Below, piece by piece: positions 60,666 to 64,000 of a DNA stretch of 64,000 nt (positions are counted from its first letter, which is position 1; every line of letters starts with the position of its first letter). The position numbers and the translations under genes are program-made. The stretch lies in contig FLMG01004571.1 of the NCBI GenBank assembly GCA_900088475.1, positions 62,001 to 126,000 on the forward strand, written 5' to 3'. The notes beneath the pieces are model-generated. The model was not told the DNA's origin, did no database searches, and saw only the letters and a list, made by a program, of their open reading frames with translations. This DNA is from Hyphochytrium catenoides. Its lineage: Eukaryota; Protista; Hyphochytriomycota.

Positions 60666-63300
60666 GATGCCTTTAGCTCTTTTGCGTGGTTTCTTGCCTG
60701 ATGTGTCGTCTTCTCCTTCTTCTGTAAGCTGTTTGCGAGCGTTGTCTGGTTAGGATTTGAGCTTCAGCTTGGAGCTTTAGGAATGGAAGACTCAGAGAGA
60801 TGCCACCAAAGCAAAAAGTCTCCTACTTTTGCCCTTCTGTTTGGAAGCGCTTCTACTCTCTTTCTTTCTCGCTCTCTCTCTCGCCCTTCCTCCTCTATCT
60901 CTTCCTCGTTCCCCTTCTCTCTCACTGAAAGAGAGACGAGCGGGACGGCTGATGGCAATTACTGGACCTTGAGCTGTTGATCCTCCTCAGCCCTCTTGCC
61001 CCTGATGTAGAGAAAGGTTGAGATGTCACTACTGCAAGGGTAGATTCGAGCGCCAATGAAAGAAAGAAGGCCGAAGAGAGATGTGAGGTGTAACGACACG
61101 GCTCTACAGACGTCATAGAGAGAAGGACGGTGATGGCTGCTGTAGAAAGAGAGGGGGAAAGGAGAGAGAGAAGGATCGGCGAGGTCGTTCTTCTTTGGGC
61201 CCTCAGAGTTCCGCGTCGTGACAGCTTGTTGGGTCGCGCACACGCATCTCCTGAGAAGAAAAGAATGGGAAGAGTGCACCAAAGAGCGGAGGGGGGTCTG
61301 GGGAAGAAAGAGAAGATAGAACATGAAGACAAGGCTGGTGAGACACTGTGGATGAGATTCTGAAGGAGGAAGAGGCTACAGCGAAGAGACACGGATCATG
61401 GACAGACAAGTGATCGATGATGAGAAGCGAACCATAGAGATACTGCGAGGGTTCTTGGGAGAAGATCAGGACGGAAAAGGAAAACTCGAAGTCCTAGCGA
61501 GACGAAGAGACCAATTCACACACAGATGGGTAGGACTGGGTATCGAAGTTGCCCCACAAGGCAGGCATAAGGGCAGGCACATGTGAGATGCGGAAGGAGA
61601 ATAATGATAGACTTTTGCCTCAACCAAAGCAGGCCCCGTTCGCACTGGCGACTCTTCAAGCTGAGAGAGAGAGCGAGGGAGGGAGAGAAAGAGAGACGGA
61701 AAAGGAGGAGGCACGGAAGCGTGACCCGCTATCCGTCCATTCCGCTCACTTTTTCTCTCTTTTCTCTTCCCTCCCTCACTCTTCCTCTCTCTGTCTGTCT
61801 TACACTCACCCTCTCTTATTTGAGACAGTAGCCTGGAATCATAGCTATGCATTGACGATCTATGTCAGCCTCTTTGATGAGCATCAGCGAGCGAGAATGG
61901 GAAGGGCAGCGGAGCTCGTGATCAGAATCTGTTGAAGGCTTCGCTGCCATTCTTTTTGTGCTGCCAGCGTTTTGGACTTTCACGACGCTAGGTCCATCTT
62001 AAGGCTTCTGCTATGACTGCCATGTCATCTCCTTTTGGCTTCCACTCCTCCACCTTGGTGGGTGATCATGAACGAATCTACTCGTAGAAGAGAGAGGAAG
62101 GAAGGAATAAGGCACCAGAAGAGAAGCTTCTCTGGCTCTTGTGATCGTTATCATCATCTTGTAAGAAGAAGGAGCTGACACAAAGACAGATGACGGCAGC
62201 AACAAGGAACGGCCCTCTTCTTCTTCTTCTCTCCCCAGCAGCTCAGGGTGGTGCTTACTGGTCCATTCATGGGTCCATTTACCACTCACTCTCTGGATTC
62301 CTCATGATATATAAAGGTCGTATCATCATCGCTGTGACGCTACCCATGAGTCCTGGTGGCCTGGTAGTTCTAGTGGGAGCTGCTGCTGCCTCTCCTCCGT
62401 CGTCCATCTTTCTGCCTCTTCCGTGATGTTTTGGCCTCTTGATCCTTTGTGGCGGCGGCCTGCCCTCCTGCCGCAGACAGTTGCTTTGATGGATGAAGAA
62501 CTGGCGATGACCATCACGTTCTTAGGATGAGATCGGAACATCGGGAAGAGCATACAATCTCAAAACCGTCATACCCTTTTACAAGGACAGTTTGAGATTG
62601 TATAATACAGTCTCATCTGAACCAAGAAACAGACTGAAGGATCGTAGTAACGCCATCGGGATCGCTGGCTGGCGTAGTAGAAAGCCTTTAGTGCCCACAG
62701 GATGGGCATTCTTCTTCTCTTGCCGCTTTATTAAAAGTCATCGGGTGGGGGTCTGCCACTGGTCTGCCACGGTCCCGGCCTTTGTCAGTCTTTCCTGGTG
62801 CGCTGCCCAAGCCTATCAGACGGTTGCAGTCAAACGTGATGTGCACTTCTTTCGGCATCGTTTGATCAAGCAAGTGTCTTGGCGTCTACGCGCATGAGGA
62901 GGCGGGTACTGTGATGGTTTCCCGATTGGCTCCTTCCTCGCCGCTTCTCACTCTTCTCCAATCTCTTCTTGCCCCTTCCTTCTTTCTCCTTCTTCTCCTC
63001 CAGCTGCTGGCGCTCATGCTTTCCATCATGTCTCCTCTTGTTGTTTGTTTGGAAAAAGGAAGAGCAAAGATTTTGCTCGTCTCTCTCATCATCGGAGAGG
63101 AAGATGAGAGCCCCGCTTCCTCGCCGCCGCATCCGCATCAGCTTCCTGTCACTTCTTGCCGGCACTAGGTGGTGACCGCGTGAATTCACTGCTTTCTTCG
63201 TCTTCCTTTCTGTCTTTCTGACCTAGTTTCCGTTCTCTTGTTCTCTTCACTTCTAGTAGATACTTCCTTCATCTCTTCCTCTTTTTTTATCGGTGGTCTG

Positions 63301-64000
63301 TTAACCTTGAAGAGACAGGCAGATTCTCGCCGCGGGCTTGCCCACCAACATGATATACTCCAACTCTGTTCTTAGCGTCACAGTGCCTAAATCAATGCTA
63401 TATAACGATAGAACACCCTCGGATCGGTGTCTATCGTCGCTGATCCATACTGGTCGTGGAAATCTACTCCTCCATGGAGCATATCCCACACATGGCTGTC
63501 TTGAAGGTACAACTTAGCTCTTTTTTGACTTCTAACTAGGAACTACTACATAGTTGACTAGCTATGGAGTACTCCATCTGATCATTAAAACTATAGTCAC
63601 ATGATATAGAACCCACATGTCCCAAAGGATTCCTACGTTGTAGGTGCATTGTGCCCATTTTGCCGAGCTTTATCCAATGGCAAACAAACAAGCAAGGAAT
63701 CCAAAAGTACTTTGTTGTTCTAAGCAGTACACCCTTAGAGGCGAATGTCAAAAAAGCAGCCAAATCTTCATGATGCTTCACTTCGTGCTCCTCATTTTGG
63801 GAGTTCTCCGCTGTCAGCTCCTTTCAAGGGAAGGAGACTAATGCATTTCAATTATACCACGCTGATTATCCCGACTTAGTAACCTCATACCCTGGCGAAC
63901 GCTTGATACCTCTGGTTTCGGCGTCTTCAAGTTAATGTTAGGCATCGAAGCTAGCTAAGGCCACCCTCTTCATGCTTATGTAGGTCTTATAAACTATCTC
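63301..64000 (-). mobile_element. Putative degenerate piggyBac-family transposon remnant
   Basis: Minus-strand fragments in shifting frames, in the expected order: MPN..KP/RGIK..GY, TKYFWIPCLF..GKMGTMHLQRRNP, HGGVDFHDQ (63473-63450). TTAA followed by CCTT at 63301 coincides with a composition boundary. Confidence 0.4.

Noticed and set aside
1-64000. CRISPR arrays, tRNA/rRNA genes, U12 (AT-AC) introns, alternative genetic code, biosynthetic gene cluster
   Set aside because: None seen. Reconstructed genes use GT-AG introns and standard stops, and neighbouring genes are functionally unrelated. Small ncRNAs cannot be excluded without a covariance-model search.

Overview
Gene-dense, intron-rich eukaryotic (protist-like) nuclear DNA. 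Every splice junction I reconstructed by hand is GT-AG under the standard code. (CT)n/(GA)n microsatellites are abundant and there are three N-gaps. About 17 protein-coding genes are supportable: taspase-1 (5' partial), ACP6-like histidine acid phosphatase, an ATP-grasp ligase, ERG8-type phosphomevalonate kinase, a PH-domain SNAP-25-like Qbc-SNARE, a Nudix (Ap4A-type) hydrolase, a CCT-domain protein, an EFHC/Rib72-like DM10 protein, HAD pseudouridine-5'-phosphatase-like, TMEM260-like, CGI121/TPRKB, an acylated RING-variant protein, DPY30, FATP/SLC27, FAM184-like, an orphan mitochondrial-type ORF and an intronless secreted protein. A probable decayed piggyBac lies at the right edge. The most notable items are the PH-Qbc SNARE, whose two zero-layer residues are non-canonical (Asn and Ser) and which lacks a palmitoylation cluster; a phosphomevalonate kinase with a spliced-on N-terminal membrane anchor and an intron-split second ATG; a Rib72 relative with only two DM10 domains; and the secreted WDSxYGxNY-motif protein. 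All family calls come from motif recognition by eye, with no database search, and the organism cannot be named.
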